This document shows positions 1 to 9,328 of a DNA stretch of 64,000 bases, one piece after another. The notes under the pieces are model-generated. The model saw only the letters and a program-made list of their open reading frames with translations, did no database searches and had not been told where the DNA came from. How positions within the stretch are numbered: position 1 is the stretch's first letter; every line of letters starts with the position of its first letter. The DNA is taken from the NCBI GenBank assembly GCA_900756155.1, contig CAAEJV010000018.1, forward strand, positions 32,251-96,250. Direction: 5' to 3'. The position numbers and the translations under genes are program-made. The DNA is from Pasteurellaceae bacterium (GTDB lineage Bacteria; Pseudomonadota; Gammaproteobacteria; Enterobacterales; Pasteurellaceae).

Positions 1-1212
1 ATTTTCGTATTCATGTATCCTGCCGGAATGGCAATATATTGGGTGACGGCAAGTTTGTGTTATTACCTTTTTATGGAAGGAAAACTCGGACAACCGACTT
101 TCCAACAAATGCCCAAAGAACGCGTTCCGATGGTCAGCATTATGGTGCCTTGTTACAACGAAGGGGACAACTTAGATGAAGCCATTCCTTACTTGCTTCA
201 ACTTCGATACCCAAACTATGAGCTGATCTTTATCAATGATGGCAGTAAAGATAACACGGGTGAAATTATTGATCGTTGGGCAAAAGCTGATAAGCGCATC
301 GTGGCGCTTCACCAAGAAAACCAAGGTAAAGCTAGCGCATTAAATCATGGTTTGTTAGTTGCTAAAGGTGAATATGTAGCCTGTATTGATGGTGATGCCG
401 TATTGGATTTCGATGCGATCGACTATATGGTGCAATCCCTCGAATTAAACCGCACTTATGGTGCTGTTACAGGCAACCCACGCGTACGTAACCGCAGTAC
501 TATCCTAGGTCGCTTACAAGTGTCTGAATTTAGTTCCATTATCGGTCTAATCAAACGCGCTCAAAGCCTGATGGGAACGATCTTCACGGTATCTGGAGTA
601 TGCTGCCTATTTAGAAAAGATGTAATGGAAGAAATTGGTGGTTGGAGCACCAATATGATCACCGAAGACATTGATGTCAGTTGGAAAATTCAAACAGCCG
701 GTTACAACATCATGTATGAACCCCGTGCTTTATGTTGGGTATTAATGCCTGAACGTCTTTATGGTTTATACAAACAGCGTTTACGCTGGGCGCAAGGTGG
801 CGCAGAAACCATCATCAAATATTTTCCTCAGGTCTGGCGCTGGAAAAACCGCCGTCTATGGCCAATGTATGCCGAATATTTTGTTACCGCAACTTGGGCA
901 ATCTTATTGGTTGCACTGGTTGCGCTTGCACTATACCGCAAGATTACTTTGGGTATAGGCATTCAAAACATGGAATTGTTTGAAACAAATATCTCGATCA
1001 TGTTTTTTTCCTTCTTCTTACAGTGTCTCTTGAGCTTATACATCGACTCTCGTTATGAAAAAGGATTGATCCAATATGGAATTTCTTGCATTTGGTATCC
1101 CTACGTTTATTGGTTACTCAATACGGTAACGTTACTCGTTGGAATCCCAAAAGCAATTTTTAGAAACAAGTCCAAGCTAGCTGTATGGACAAGCCCTGAC
1201 AGAGGAGTTTAA
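1..1212 (+). CDS. pgaC: poly-beta-1,6-N-acetyl-D-glucosamine synthase (GT2 glycosyltransferase), N-terminus truncated by window edge
   Basis: Frame is open back to position 1 (track ORF 13..1212). GT2 motifs VPCYNEG, FINDGSKD, CIDGDAV, TEDID and QRLRWAQGG, then C-terminal TM helices as in PgaC/HmsR/IcaA. A small 2-TM gene follows immediately. Confidence 0.85.
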   Translation: MFVFMYPAGMAIYWVTASLCYYLFMEGKLGQPTFQQMPKERVPMVSIMVPCYNEGDNLDEAIPYLLQLRYPNYELIFINDGSKDNTGEIIDRWAKADKRIVALHQENQGKASALNHGLLVAKGEYVACIDGDAVLDFDAIDYMVQSLELNRTYGAVTGNPRVRNRSTILGRLQVSEFSSIIGLIKRAQSLMGTIFTVSGVCCLFRKDVMEEIGGWSTNMITEDIDVSWKIQTAGYNIMYEPRALCWVLMPERLYGLYKQRLRWAQGGAETIIKYFPQVWRWKNRRLWPMYAEYFVTATWAILLVALVALALYRKITLGIGIQNMELFETNISIMFFSFFLQCLLSLYIDSRYEKGLIQYGISCIWYPYVYWLLNTVTLLVGIPKAIFRNKSKLAVWTSPDRGV

Positions 1213-1215
1213 ATA

Positions 1216-1491
1216 ATGGCAACCGCCACTTTACAACAATTGATGGTTATTAATAAAGGTAGCAGCCTTCCCTTGCTGATTAAAGCCAAAAGCTTTGTAC
1301 TAGATATAGTCACCTGGGCTTTATGGGCTTATATCATCACTTTTGTCGCGAGATATGCGGAACGCATCTTCACTAAACCGATTCTGGAAAGTTTCTTTTT
1401 CGTTGATGTGATAAGCATAATGTTTTCTGTTTCTGCGGTATTGGTTATATTGGCTTATATTTGGTCTATTCTCACTGTAGCAAAAGAATAG
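1216..1491 (+). CDS. pgaD: PgaD-like small inner-membrane protein (PNAG synthesis accessory)
   Basis: 91-aa protein with two predicted TM helices, starting 4 nt after the pgaC stop. Position and topology fit PgaD/HmsS, but it is shorter than E. coli PgaD (137 aa), so the call is tentative. Confidence 0.5.
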   Translation: MATATLQQLMVINKGSSLPLLIKAKSFVLDIVTWALWAYIITFVARYAERIFTKPILESFFFVDVISIMFSVSAVLVILAYIWSILTVAKE

Positions 1492-1510
1492 CTCGCAAAA
1501 ATCTTAATAT

Positions 1511-1556
1511 AAAAAACCGCACTTTGGTTTTGAAACCAAAGTGCGGTTATTTTTAT
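1511..1556 (+). terminator. Rho-independent terminator formed by an inverted pair of uptake signal sequences (accgcactt ... aagtgcggt) followed by a T-run
   Basis: aaaaaaccgcactttggtttTGAAaccaaagtgcggttattttt, a perfect roughly 16 bp stem downstream of pgaD. Confidence 0.6.
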
Positions 1557-1666
1557 AGATGTTTTCACTCAGCTGATTCAAAATCGCAAACTTATCTTTA
1601 TGGTATCAACCATATTGATGACACTTATTTATATTTAGTCTACTCTCATTATGTCGAAAGGATAAA

Positions 1667-1711
1667 GAAAACCGCACTCTGATTTGTAAACCAAAGTGCG
1701 GTTATTTTTTA
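1667..1711 (-). terminator. USS-pair hairpin terminator downstream of pckA (minus strand)
   Basis: aaaaccgcactctgatttgtaaaccaaagtgcggttatttttt. On the minus strand the stem is followed by a T-rich tract. Confidence 0.5.
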
Positions 1712-1739
1712 TCGATATTTTAACTAGATACTAATCTAA

Positions 1740-3356
1740 TTAAGCTTTTGGACCTGCTGCGATAAGTGCTTTACCTTCTGCATTAGTCGCATATTTTTCG
1801 AAGTTTTTCACGAAACGACCTGCAAGATCTTCAGCTTTAGCTTGCCATTGTGCTTTATCTGCATAAGTATCACGTGGGTCTAAGATCGCTGGATCTACAC
1901 CTGGTAATGCTTTTGGAATCGCTAAGTTAAAGATTGGTAACTCACCCATTTCCGCTTTTTCGATAGAACCATCTAAGATTGCATCGATAATACCACGAGT
2001 ATCTTTGATTGAGATACGTTTACCTGTACCATTCCAACCAGTATTAACTAAATACGCTTCTGCACCAGCAGCTTGCATACGTTTAACTAACACTTGAGCA
2101 TATTGTGTTGGGTGGAGAGTTAAGAACGCTGCACCGAAACATGCTGAGAAAGTTGGAGTTGGTTCAGTAATACCACGCTCTGTACCGGCTAATTTAGCGG
2201 TGAAACCAGATAAGAAGTAGTATTTGGTTTGCTCTGGTGTCAATTTAGACACTGGCGGTAATACACCGAATGCATCCGCAGTTAAGAAAATTACTTTCGT
2301 TGCGTGACCTGCACGAGATACTGGTTTAACAATATTATCAATGTGATAAATTGGATAAGACACACGAGTATTTTCAGTTTTAGAACCATCATCGAAATCA
2401 ACTGAACCATCTGCACGAACCACAACGTTTTCTAATAACGCATCACGACGGATTGCACGGTAGATATCTGGCTCATTTTCTTCAGAAAGATGGATAGTTT
2501 TCGCGTAACAACCACCTTCAAAGTTGAAGATACCTACATCATCCCAACCGTGCTCATCATCACCGATTAATTCACGTTTTGGATCGGTAGAAAGCGTGGT
2601 TTTACCTGTACCTGATAAACCGAAGAAGATTGCTACATCACCGTCTTTACCTACGTTAGCAGAACAGTGCATTGCGCCTACACCTTTAAGTGGTAGGAAG
2701 TAGTTCATCATTGAGAACATACCTTTCTTCATTTCACCGCCGTACCAAGTACCACCGATTAATTGAATACGCTCAGTTAAGTTAAATGCAACGAAGTTTT
2801 CAGAGTTCAAACCTTGTTCTTTCCAGTTCGGGTTGGTACATTTAGAACCATTCATCACCACGAAATCTGGTTTAAAAGTTTTTAATTGTTCTTCTGTCGG
2901 ACGAATGAACATATTTTTCACAAAGTGTGCTTGCCATGCTACTTCAGTCACAATACGCACTGCGATACGGTCTTGTTCACTTGCGCCACAGAAACCATCA
3001 ACCACGAATAAACGTTTGCCCGAAAGTTGTTTAGTTACAAGACCTTTCAAGCTTGACCAAGTTTCTTGAGTCATTGGTTTGTTATCGTTTTTCGCCACAT
3101 CAGAAGTCCACCACACAGTATCTTTTGTGGTATCATCTAAAACGATGTATTTGTCTTTCGGTGAACGACCGGTAAAGATCCCTGTATCAACAGCCACCGC
3201 GCCAGTTGTGGTAAGTGTCCCTTTTTCAAAGCCTTCTAAGCCTGGTTTTGTTTCTTCTTCAAAAAGTTGTTCATAACTTGGGTTATAAACCACTTCTTTT
3301 ACATCATGAATACCAACGGCTTCAAGTTCTTTAATTACGTTTTTAACATCAGTCAT
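1740..3356 (-). CDS. pckA: phosphoenolpyruvate carboxykinase (ATP)
   Basis: 538 aa, with the kinase P-loop [13 protein letters not shown] and end-to-end collinearity with enterobacterial PckA. Confidence 0.97.
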   Translation of the reverse strand: MTDVKNVIKELEAVGIHDVKEVVYNPSYEQLFEEETKPGLEGFEKGTLTTTGAVAVDTGIFTGRSPKDKYIVLDDTTKDTVWWTSDVAKNDNKPMTQETWSSLKGLVTKQLSGKRLFVVDGFCGASEQDRIAVRIVTEVAWQAHFVKNMFIRPTEEQLKTFKPDFVVMNGSKCTNPNWKEQGLNSENFVAFNLTERIQLIGGTWYGGEMKKGMFSMMNYFLPLKGVGAMHCSANVGKDGDVAIFFGLSGTGKTTLSTDPKRELIGDDEHGWDDVGIFNFEGGCYAKTIHLSEENEPDIYRAIRRDALLENVVVRADGSVDFDDGSKTENTRVSYPIYHIDNIVKPVSRAGHATKVIFLTADAFGVLPPVSKLTPEQTKYYFLSGFTAKLAGTERGITEPTPTFSACFGAAFLTLHPTQYAQVLVKRMQAAGAEAYLVNTGWNGTGKRISIKDTRGIIDAILDGSIEKAEMGELPIFNLAIPKALPGVDPAILDPRDTYADKAQWQAKAEDLAGRFVKNFEKYATNAEGKALIAAGPKA

Positions 3357-3577
3357 AGTTCACCTCTTGATTCTTGATTAAAGTTTAAAAATTTTTCCTA
3401 TGTTTATTGTATGGGAATTGTCAAAAAAAAAATGTTAACTAGATCTCATTTTTGAATATTCATTGGAAAATTCTACCCCTTTTTAGGTGGTTTAAGAGGT
3501 TAAGATACAACAAGGTTGATTTACCCATCATATTTTCGATATAGTGAGAACTATTATCAACTCAAGACTCAATAACT

Positions 3578-4444
3578 ATGTCCTCATTTTTGCGTTTACC
3601 CTTTTTATTTTGTCTGCTGATATTTACGCAAATCACGCAAGCAGAACCCGACTTTAAGATTCCACCTATTCAAGAAAACATGAAAAAAATGTATCAAATT
3701 CAACAAAAAGATTTTACCTTTGAAGACAAACATTACCGCTTGTTTATTGCGGTACCACCAAAAACATCGCAAAAACTGACCGCACTTTACACCTTAGATG
3801 GCAATGCTCAATTTCCAATGGCCGTAAATGCTGTCAATCCCAATAAACCTCTCCCGCTTATTGTCGGTATCGGTTATGTATCAGATAAAGCTTATGTCAT
3901 TGAAGAACGCACGAGAGACTACACTTTCCCGGCAGAAGGTACCGAATTCGCCAAAGGAGGAAAAGCCGCCGATTTTTTACGTTTTATTCAACAAGACGTA
4001 AAGCCTTATATTGAACAGCATTTCGATATCAATAAGGAAAAACAATATTTCTTTGGTCATTCTTTTGGTGGGTTATTTGGATTGTACGTACTCTTCCATC
4101 AACCGGATTTATTTCAATATTACACCTTGGCAAGCCCTTCTCTTTGGTGGGGGAACGGCTCATTTCTACCTCAAAATGAACCATGGATTAGCCAAAAACC
4201 ATCACATATTCTGATTACATTAGGCTATTATGAAGAGCATCCTGAACAGGATCCGAATATGACTGAAGAACAATTACAGCGTATTAATCAACGGAAACAA
4301 ATGCGAACAATCAATGCGCATCAATTGGCGGAAATATTGGAAAAACAAGGTAATTCCGTGGAATTTATTTCCATTCCCAATAAAAATCATGGTGGCTCGA
4401 TTCCGGATGCCATCAAACATTGTTTAGAACAAGTTCAACAATAA
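3578..4444 (+). CDS. secreted alpha/beta-hydrolase, putative esterase (enterochelin/IroE-like esterase family)
   Basis: N-terminal signal peptide, nucleophile elbow GHSFGG, and a size/pattern typical of the 'putative esterase' family. Confidence 0.6.
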   Translation: MSSFLRLPFLFCLLIFTQITQAEPDFKIPPIQENMKKMYQIQQKDFTFEDKHYRLFIAVPPKTSQKLTALYTLDGNAQFPMAVNAVNPNKPLPLIVGIGYVSDKAYVIEERTRDYTFPAEGTEFAKGGKAADFLRFIQQDVKPYIEQHFDINKEKQYFFGHSFGGLFGLYVLFHQPDLFQYYTLASPSLWWGNGSFLPQNEPWISQKPSHILITLGYYEEHPEQDPNMTEEQLQRINQRKQMRTINAHQLAEILEKQGNSVEFISIPNKNHGGSIPDAIKHCLEQVQQ

Positions 4445-4452
4445 AGGCCATA

Positions 4453-4486
4453 AAAAAATCCCCGTTATCATGAACGGGGATTTTTC
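4453..4486. terminator. bidirectional hairpin terminator between the esterase gene and hslO
   Basis: aaatccccgtt-atcatg-aacggggattt, flanked by A-run and T-run. Confidence 0.6.
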
Positions 4487-5353
4487 TTATTGGGCTTGTT
4501 TGAGTTTATCAATCGCTTCTTTATTGAAGAAGTAATGCGTGCCACAACATTCACACTGCATATCAATGCTGCCTTTATGCTCCTCTAAGATTTCCTCAAT
4601 TTCAGCTTCTGGAATCAGTAATAATGCTGCCCCTGAACGCTCAGGTGAGCAACCGCAGAAGAAAGAAACAGTTTGCGGTTCAAAAACTTCCACTACTTCT
4701 TCATGATATAAACGATAAAGCAATTCTTCTGCGGGCAATCCAAATAACTCATCATCTTTTACGGTTGCAGCTAACGTAGTTAAATGCTCAAAATCCTCTG
4801 GTGTACCTTGGCCATCTGGCATAATCTGTAGCAACATTCCTGCAGCAACTGGTTTGCCTTCATATTCACCCGTGCGAATAATAAGCTGAGTTTGTAATTG
4901 TTCTGAACGAACAAAATAGTCTTCTAAACATTCCGTAATCGTTGGTTTATCTAAACCGATAACGCCTTGATACCGCTCACCTTCAGTTGGAGCAATCGTA
5001 ATCACTAATACGCCTTTGCCGATCATATCATGAAGGCTCATACCGTCTTGAATATCGCCTTGTACACGTGCTAATGCACGGATCTGTTGTTGGTCATTAC
5101 CATTTACTAAAGCTAATTTTAATGGACCATCACCTTGAATTTGAACAGTAATATTACCGTTAAATTTTAATGTTGCAGTCAATAAATTAGTCGCCACCAT
5201 CATCTCACCTAATAAGTTTTGTACCGCTTTTGGATAATGATGAGTATTCAACGTATCAGTAAAAGTTTGATTTAATCGCACCCATTCACCACGCACGGCA
5301 CGGTTTTGGAAAAGGTAGCGGTAAAGTTTGTCATTGTCTTGAGTGTAATTCAT
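4487..5353 (-). CDS. hslO: redox-regulated chaperone Hsp33
   Basis: 288 aa with the C-terminal zinc centre CGCSPER...CECCGTHY characteristic of Hsp33. Confidence 0.93.
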   Translation of the reverse strand: MNYTQDNDKLYRYLFQNRAVRGEWVRLNQTFTDTLNTHHYPKAVQNLLGEMMVATNLLTATLKFNGNITVQIQGDGPLKLALVNGNDQQQIRALARVQGDIQDGMSLHDMIGKGVLVITIAPTEGERYQGVIGLDKPTITECLEDYFVRSEQLQTQLIIRTGEYEGKPVAAGMLLQIMPDGQGTPEDFEHLTTLAATVKDDELFGLPAEELLYRLYHEEVVEVFEPQTVSFFCGCSPERSGAALLLIPEAEIEEILEEHKGSIDMQCECCGTHYFFNKEAIDKLKQAQ

Positions 5354-5439
5354 TATTTGTTCCTATTTATTCTTTGAGTAAAAAGCGCGGTCAATTTTTC
5401 GAATAAATCGTAAACATTCAAAAAAGATGTCATTTTGTT

Positions 5440-5448
5440 ACCGCACTT
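5440..5448 (-). repeat. Hin-type uptake signal sequence (single copy)
   Basis: The plus strand reads accgcactt, the reverse complement of the USS core. Confidence 0.7.
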
Positions 5449-5551
5449 TGCGCCTGAGCAGTATTATGGGGGTGAAAATCAAAATTACAAGCCAAAAAGA
5501 AAAGCGGATAGCTTTCACTATCCGCTCACTTTATAAAATTAAACTGATAAA

Positions 5552-6673
5552 TTACCAGTATGCACGTAAACCGATAACAGTTTTGAAATCACGGCTACGA
5601 TCAAGCTGTTTACCTGCGTCATCAAAGGTATTCTCGTATTTAGTACGAGTCGCTTGCCATTCAATGAATGGTTTAACTTTTAATGAACCTTGATTATACA
5701 CATAGTATTCAGTACCCACTAAGAATTGGCGATCTGTTGATTTGGAATATGCAGAACCCACAGGTAACGTTTTCTCAGTTTTATAAGAATACATTGCATA
5801 TACGTTCCAGTCTTCATTTAAACCTTGGCGAATTACTGCGGTTACTTCATTATTTTTTACCTTGTTACCTGCGCCATCTTTATTTTTAGTATCTTTGTGA
5901 GCAAAGTCTAAACCATAAGTAGTGTGAACAAAGTTATATGCTAAGCCTAAAGCATAAGCATTGCTGTAGTATGCTGTTTTGTCAGCATTTTCAGAAATTT
6001 CACGAGTGAAACCTGCTGCGACAGTTACATTTTGGATACTATCAATTTCATGATCAAAGATAAGACCTGTACCCCAAGTGTTTTTACGGTTATTTTTTAA
6101 ATCTACGTTTTTGATGTCACGTTTGCTTGAACCGCCATAGTACGCACCAAATTTCACTTTATTTGAGCCGTAGTCACCATTATAAACATATTGTGCTACA
6201 CGACGAGCTGAAGTCTCTAATAAACCATCAGTCAAGCTATAAGTATTTGCTAAATCACTTTGTGTTACTTCATCAGTGATAGTTACCATGTTACCGTAAG
6301 TTAACTCACCGAATTGTTTGTGGCCAAAACCAGCATAAAGTTGACGAGTATAAACATGGTCAAAATCATGTTGTGAAGGCGCTTCACCACGCATACGCCA
6401 TTCCGCACGACCTAAAGCATAGAAATCGCCACCTAAACTTTGTTTTAATTTAAAGCCAAAACGTGAACCATCGTTATCAACTGCATGGTTGATGTGCTCT
6501 TTGCTTTCACCGCCCGCTACATAGTTAGTTTTGTTAGAGGTGCTTTCCCATTTAACACGTAAAGAACCGTAAAAATCAACATCTGTACCAGTTTGGTCAA
6601 TGTGGAAGTTATAAGCTTGTGCAGAACCTGCTGCTAATGCCGCTACAGATAAAGCAAGAAGTGTTTTTTTCAT
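5552..6673 (-). CDS. ompP2: outer-membrane porin, OmpP2-like (Pasteurellaceae general porin)
   Basis: Signal peptide MKKTLLALSVAALAAGSAQA and beta-strand-rich sequence with aromatic girdle residues. It ends in ...GLRAYW (C-terminal aromatic), as in OmpP2. Confidence 0.8.
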   Translation of the reverse strand: MKKTLLALSVAALAAGSAQAYNFHIDQTGTDVDFYGSLRVKWESTSNKTNYVAGGESKEHINHAVDNDGSRFGFKLKQSLGGDFYALGRAEWRMRGEAPSQHDFDHVYTRQLYAGFGHKQFGELTYGNMVTITDEVTQSDLANTYSLTDGLLETSARRVAQYVYNGDYGSNKVKFGAYYGGSSKRDIKNVDLKNNRKNTWGTGLIFDHEIDSIQNVTVAAGFTREISENADKTAYYSNAYALGLAYNFVHTTYGLDFAHKDTKNKDGAGNKVKNNEVTAVIRQGLNEDWNVYAMYSYKTEKTLPVGSAYSKSTDRQFLVGTEYYVYNQGSLKVKPFIEWQATRTKYENTFDDAGKQLDRSRDFKTVIGLRAYW

Positions 6674-6838
6674 AACGCTTTCCCTATTATTTAATGAAGT
6701 TTATTAAAAAATTGAACTTTTTGCAGTTTATACACTACAACCTAAATGGTCAACCCTAAATTTTTCTAACTATCAGAAAATAGGCAATATTTTGACTAAA
6801 ATCAATCCAGATAAATACATATTCGATTATTTTATCGC

Positions 6839-7792
6839 CTATTTAGTTAATAAATTAAGCGCAGAAAATACTTGGTCTGAGGTAATATTTTCCATTGAAT
6901 TCGCTGTTAAATAGTGCTGATTTTGACCATAACAGCCAATTAAGGTCGGATCTGTTGCGCCATAAAGCGTAATATTTGGTTTATCCAGTGCGGCTGTCAA
7001 ATGGGCAAGCCCTGTATCCACGGACACCACGGCTTTCGCATTAGCTATTTGGTCAGCCAATTCATTCAATGAAAGTTTAGGTAAAACGACCACATGAGAT
7101 AAACCTGTGGCTAATCGCTCTGCTCTCGCCTTTTCTTTTTCATTCCCCCAAGGTAAACGGACTTGAATAGAAAGTGTGGTCAGTTTTTCGATTAAATTCC
7201 GCCATTCTCGTTCTGACCAATGCTTTTCATCTCTTGTTGTAGAGTGAAAAAAAATCACGTAAGGTTCAATAGAATTTACGGAAATAAAATGACGTGCAAT
7301 GCCATAATCCCCTTTTTCTATCGGCAACGGATAAGATAGTGCTTGAGCAAAAAGCTGACGAATACGTTCTACCGCATGTTGTTGATAAGAAATCACATAT
7401 TTTTTATCGTAAAACAAGGAAGCTATCGGCTCACGGATACTTTTGCGGTCATAGCCATGTTTGACACCATTGGCTAAGCGTGTCGCAAAAAAAGCGCTCT
7501 TAAAAAGCCCTTGCGCATCAATCACAGCATCATATTGATTGGCTTGTAATAAAGTGCGGTAAGATTTCCACTCATTTTTGGTCTGAGCCGAAAAAGGCGA
7601 TTTTCGCCAGCGTCTTAAGGCAATTGGAATGATTTGCTTCACTGCCGAATGCCAACGTGGAATTTCGGCAAAATTCTCTTCCACCACCCAATCAATGGAG
7701 AGATTAGGAATAGCACGCTGTGCATCAGTCAATGCCGGCAAAGTATGAATCACATCCCCCATAGAGGAAGTCTTAATCACACATACTTTCAT
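6839..7792 (-). CDS. waaC: ADP-heptose:LPS heptosyltransferase I
   Basis: N-terminus MKVCVIKTSSMGDVIHTLPALTDAQRAIP nearly matches E. coli WaaC (MRVLIVKTSSMGDVLHTLPALTDAQ). GT9 family. Confidence 0.85.
   Translation of the reverse strand: MKVCVIKTSSMGDVIHTLPALTDAQRAIPNLSIDWVVEENFAEIPRWHSAVKQIIPIALRRWRKSPFSAQTKNEWKSYRTLLQANQYDAVIDAQGLFKSAFFATRLANGVKHGYDRKSIREPIASLFYDKKYVISYQQHAVERIRQLFAQALSYPLPIEKGDYGIARHFISVNSIEPYVIFFHSTTRDEKHWSEREWRNLIEKLTTLSIQVRLPWGNEKEKARAERLATGLSHVVVLPKLSLNELADQIANAKAVVSVDTGLAHLTAALDKPNITLYGATDPTLIGCYGQNQHYLTANSMENITSDQVFSALNLLTK
7552..7560 (+). repeat. Hin-type USS core inside waaC
   Basis: Exact match to aagtgcggt. Confidence 0.7.
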
Positions 7793-8694
7793 TTAATTAA
7801 CCTTCTTCCCCAGTGCATAATTCCAAGTCCAGATACGGCTAAAATGCCTCCAATAATTAAGGAGGAATCCACTTGTTCATTCAACCAAACGGCTGAGAAT
7901 AAAATCCCTAAAATCGGCACTAGAATAATATAAGCAGAGGCATTACCTGCGCCTAAGTATTTCACCCCATCAAAATACCATGCATAGGCTAATACTGTGG
8001 CACCAAATGCGAGGCCAAGCAAACTTATCCACTCACCTTGAGATAAATTCAGTACCGTAAGCCAATCGTCTGCACTTTCCATGCATAGAGCACTAATAAA
8101 CAACAATAAAAAACCAAAAATAGAAGATAATGTGGTTGCGGTAAGCGAATCAATGCCGGCGAGTACTTTTCTCGCCAATAAGGTGTAAACGACCCAACAA
8201 ATTAGCGCTCCAATTAATAATATTTGCCCAAAGCCAAATGAATCCATCATTTGTAAAAAATTCCCTTTTGTGAGAGCCAATAATGTTCCGCTCATGGCAA
8301 TAACCATTCCGATTATTACCCAACGATTCCATTTTTCTTTAAATAAAAAAATCGCCAAAAGCGTGGTAAATACAGGGTTTGTCGCCACAATAACAGCCGC
8401 TTGTCCTGCTGGAAGATATTTCAGCCCCCAGATAAAAAATATGGAATAGGCGAAAACACCGAAAAAGGCAGTCACAAACAAACCCATCCACTGATTAGCT
8501 TTTAGTTGTTTAGCATATTTGAAGCGATTCGCCACATATAGCCAAATAATGAGCGGAATAATGGCGAAAAAAAAGCGCATGCTTGAAGCAACAAATGTCG
8601 GCATGGCTTGGGCAATCACTCGCCCCCAGGGCCAAGAGGCGCCCCATAAAATCACCATTCCAATTAATTGTAAATGTATGCGGAGAGGGTTCAT
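7789..8694 (-). CDS. EamA/DMT-superfamily transporter (10 TM)
   Basis: Polytopic membrane protein with duplicated EamA-like halves. Its stop overlaps the waaC start (ATGA). Confidence 0.7.
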   Translation of the reverse strand: MNPLRIHLQLIGMVILWGASWPWGRVIAQAMPTFVASSMRFFFAIIPLIIWLYVANRFKYAKQLKANQWMGLFVTAFFGVFAYSIFFIWGLKYLPAGQAAVIVATNPVFTTLLAIFLFKEKWNRWVIIGMVIAMSGTLLALTKGNFLQMMDSFGFGQILLIGALICWVVYTLLARKVLAGIDSLTATTLSSIFGFLLLFISALCMESADDWLTVLNLSQGEWISLLGLAFGATVLAYAWYFDGVKYLGAGNASAYIILVPILGILFSAVWLNEQVDSSLIIGGILAVSGLGIMHWGRRLIK

Positions 8695-8737
8695 ATCATT
8701 AACATATCCTGTTAGACCTTTTCTATTTACTTAAAGG

Positions 8738-9328
8738 CTATGCTTGGTAAGCTTTTATTTTTTCTCGTAAAGCGGCTTCAAATGCTTCTCGATGAGCATC
8801 ATCTTGAAAGGCTGAATGAGGAATATCTAAAAACAATCCAGAACCAACTCGAATTACTAAATAGCCATATATATTTTCAATATGATGAATATAATGATAA
8901 CTATATAATGTTTGGCAGAGATCTATTTTAATATATAAGCCATCTTCTTGAATTCGTATGGTTTGACTTCCTTTTTCCATTTTGTCGCCTATTTGGTTTT
9001 TAATCATACACATATTCAAATAAGGTCGTATTAGAAGAGCGTAGAAAAAAGAAAGCATTGAGATAGCAAACAATATATATCCCGCATAATAGGCCAAAAT
9101 ATTCTCGTAATAATCATAAAGAACTTCAGCCCAATTCCTCATGAAAAATGCAATAAAAAGACTTGGTATCAAGCAAAATAAATATAATAAAAAATCGCCA
9201 AGCCGCATCATTTTACGAAATTTATTGTGCTTATAAATATCGCGGCTTATTTTTTTTACTGCCTTAGTATAATTTTTATCTAATACGGGTTGATAGGTAA
9301 TTTCCATTTTATATTCTCGCTTTCTCAA
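8738..9328 (-). CDS. hypothetical membrane protein (YcxB-like topology: two TM helices plus a soluble C-terminal domain)
   Basis: AT-rich ORF whose start overlaps the waaF stop. An alternative start MEITYQP at 9307 is more likely. No recognisable catalytic motif. Confidence 0.45.
   Translation of the reverse strand: MRKREYKMEITYQPVLDKNYTKAVKKISRDIYKHNKFRKMMRLGDFLLYLFCLIPSLFIAFFMRNWAEVLYDYYENILAYYAGYILFAISMLSFFYALLIRPYLNMCMIKNQIGDKMEKGSQTIRIQEDGLYIKIDLCQTLYSYHYIHHIENIYGYLVIRVGSGLFLDIPHSAFQDDAHREAFEAALREKIKAYQA

Noticed and set aside
761-958. Small ORFs nested in or antisense to strong genes
   Set aside because: These ORFs lie wholly inside well-supported genes on the opposite strand or in another frame, and show no coding features of their own. 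They include 761..958, 2833..3069, 3079..3276, 4011..4214, 8150..8332, 10107..10298, 17252..18035, 25064..26122, 30089..30836, 32493..32762, 34945..35307, 44922..45212, 48204..48983, 52243..52765, 55371..55559, 58607..59198 and 61148..61435.
1461-1682. 73-aa ORF spanning two USS-pair terminators between pgaD and pckA
   Set aside because: It is composed largely of the terminator hairpins themselves (KPKCGYFYRCF, from the accaaagtgcggtt repeats), with no RBS. Non-coding spacer is more plausible.
5427-5889. Plus-strand ORFs 5427..5693 and 5683..5889 overlapping the porin 3' end
   Set aside because: They are antisense to the OmpP2-like porin gene, which has a strong signal peptide and C-terminal aromatic motif. 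No support of their own.
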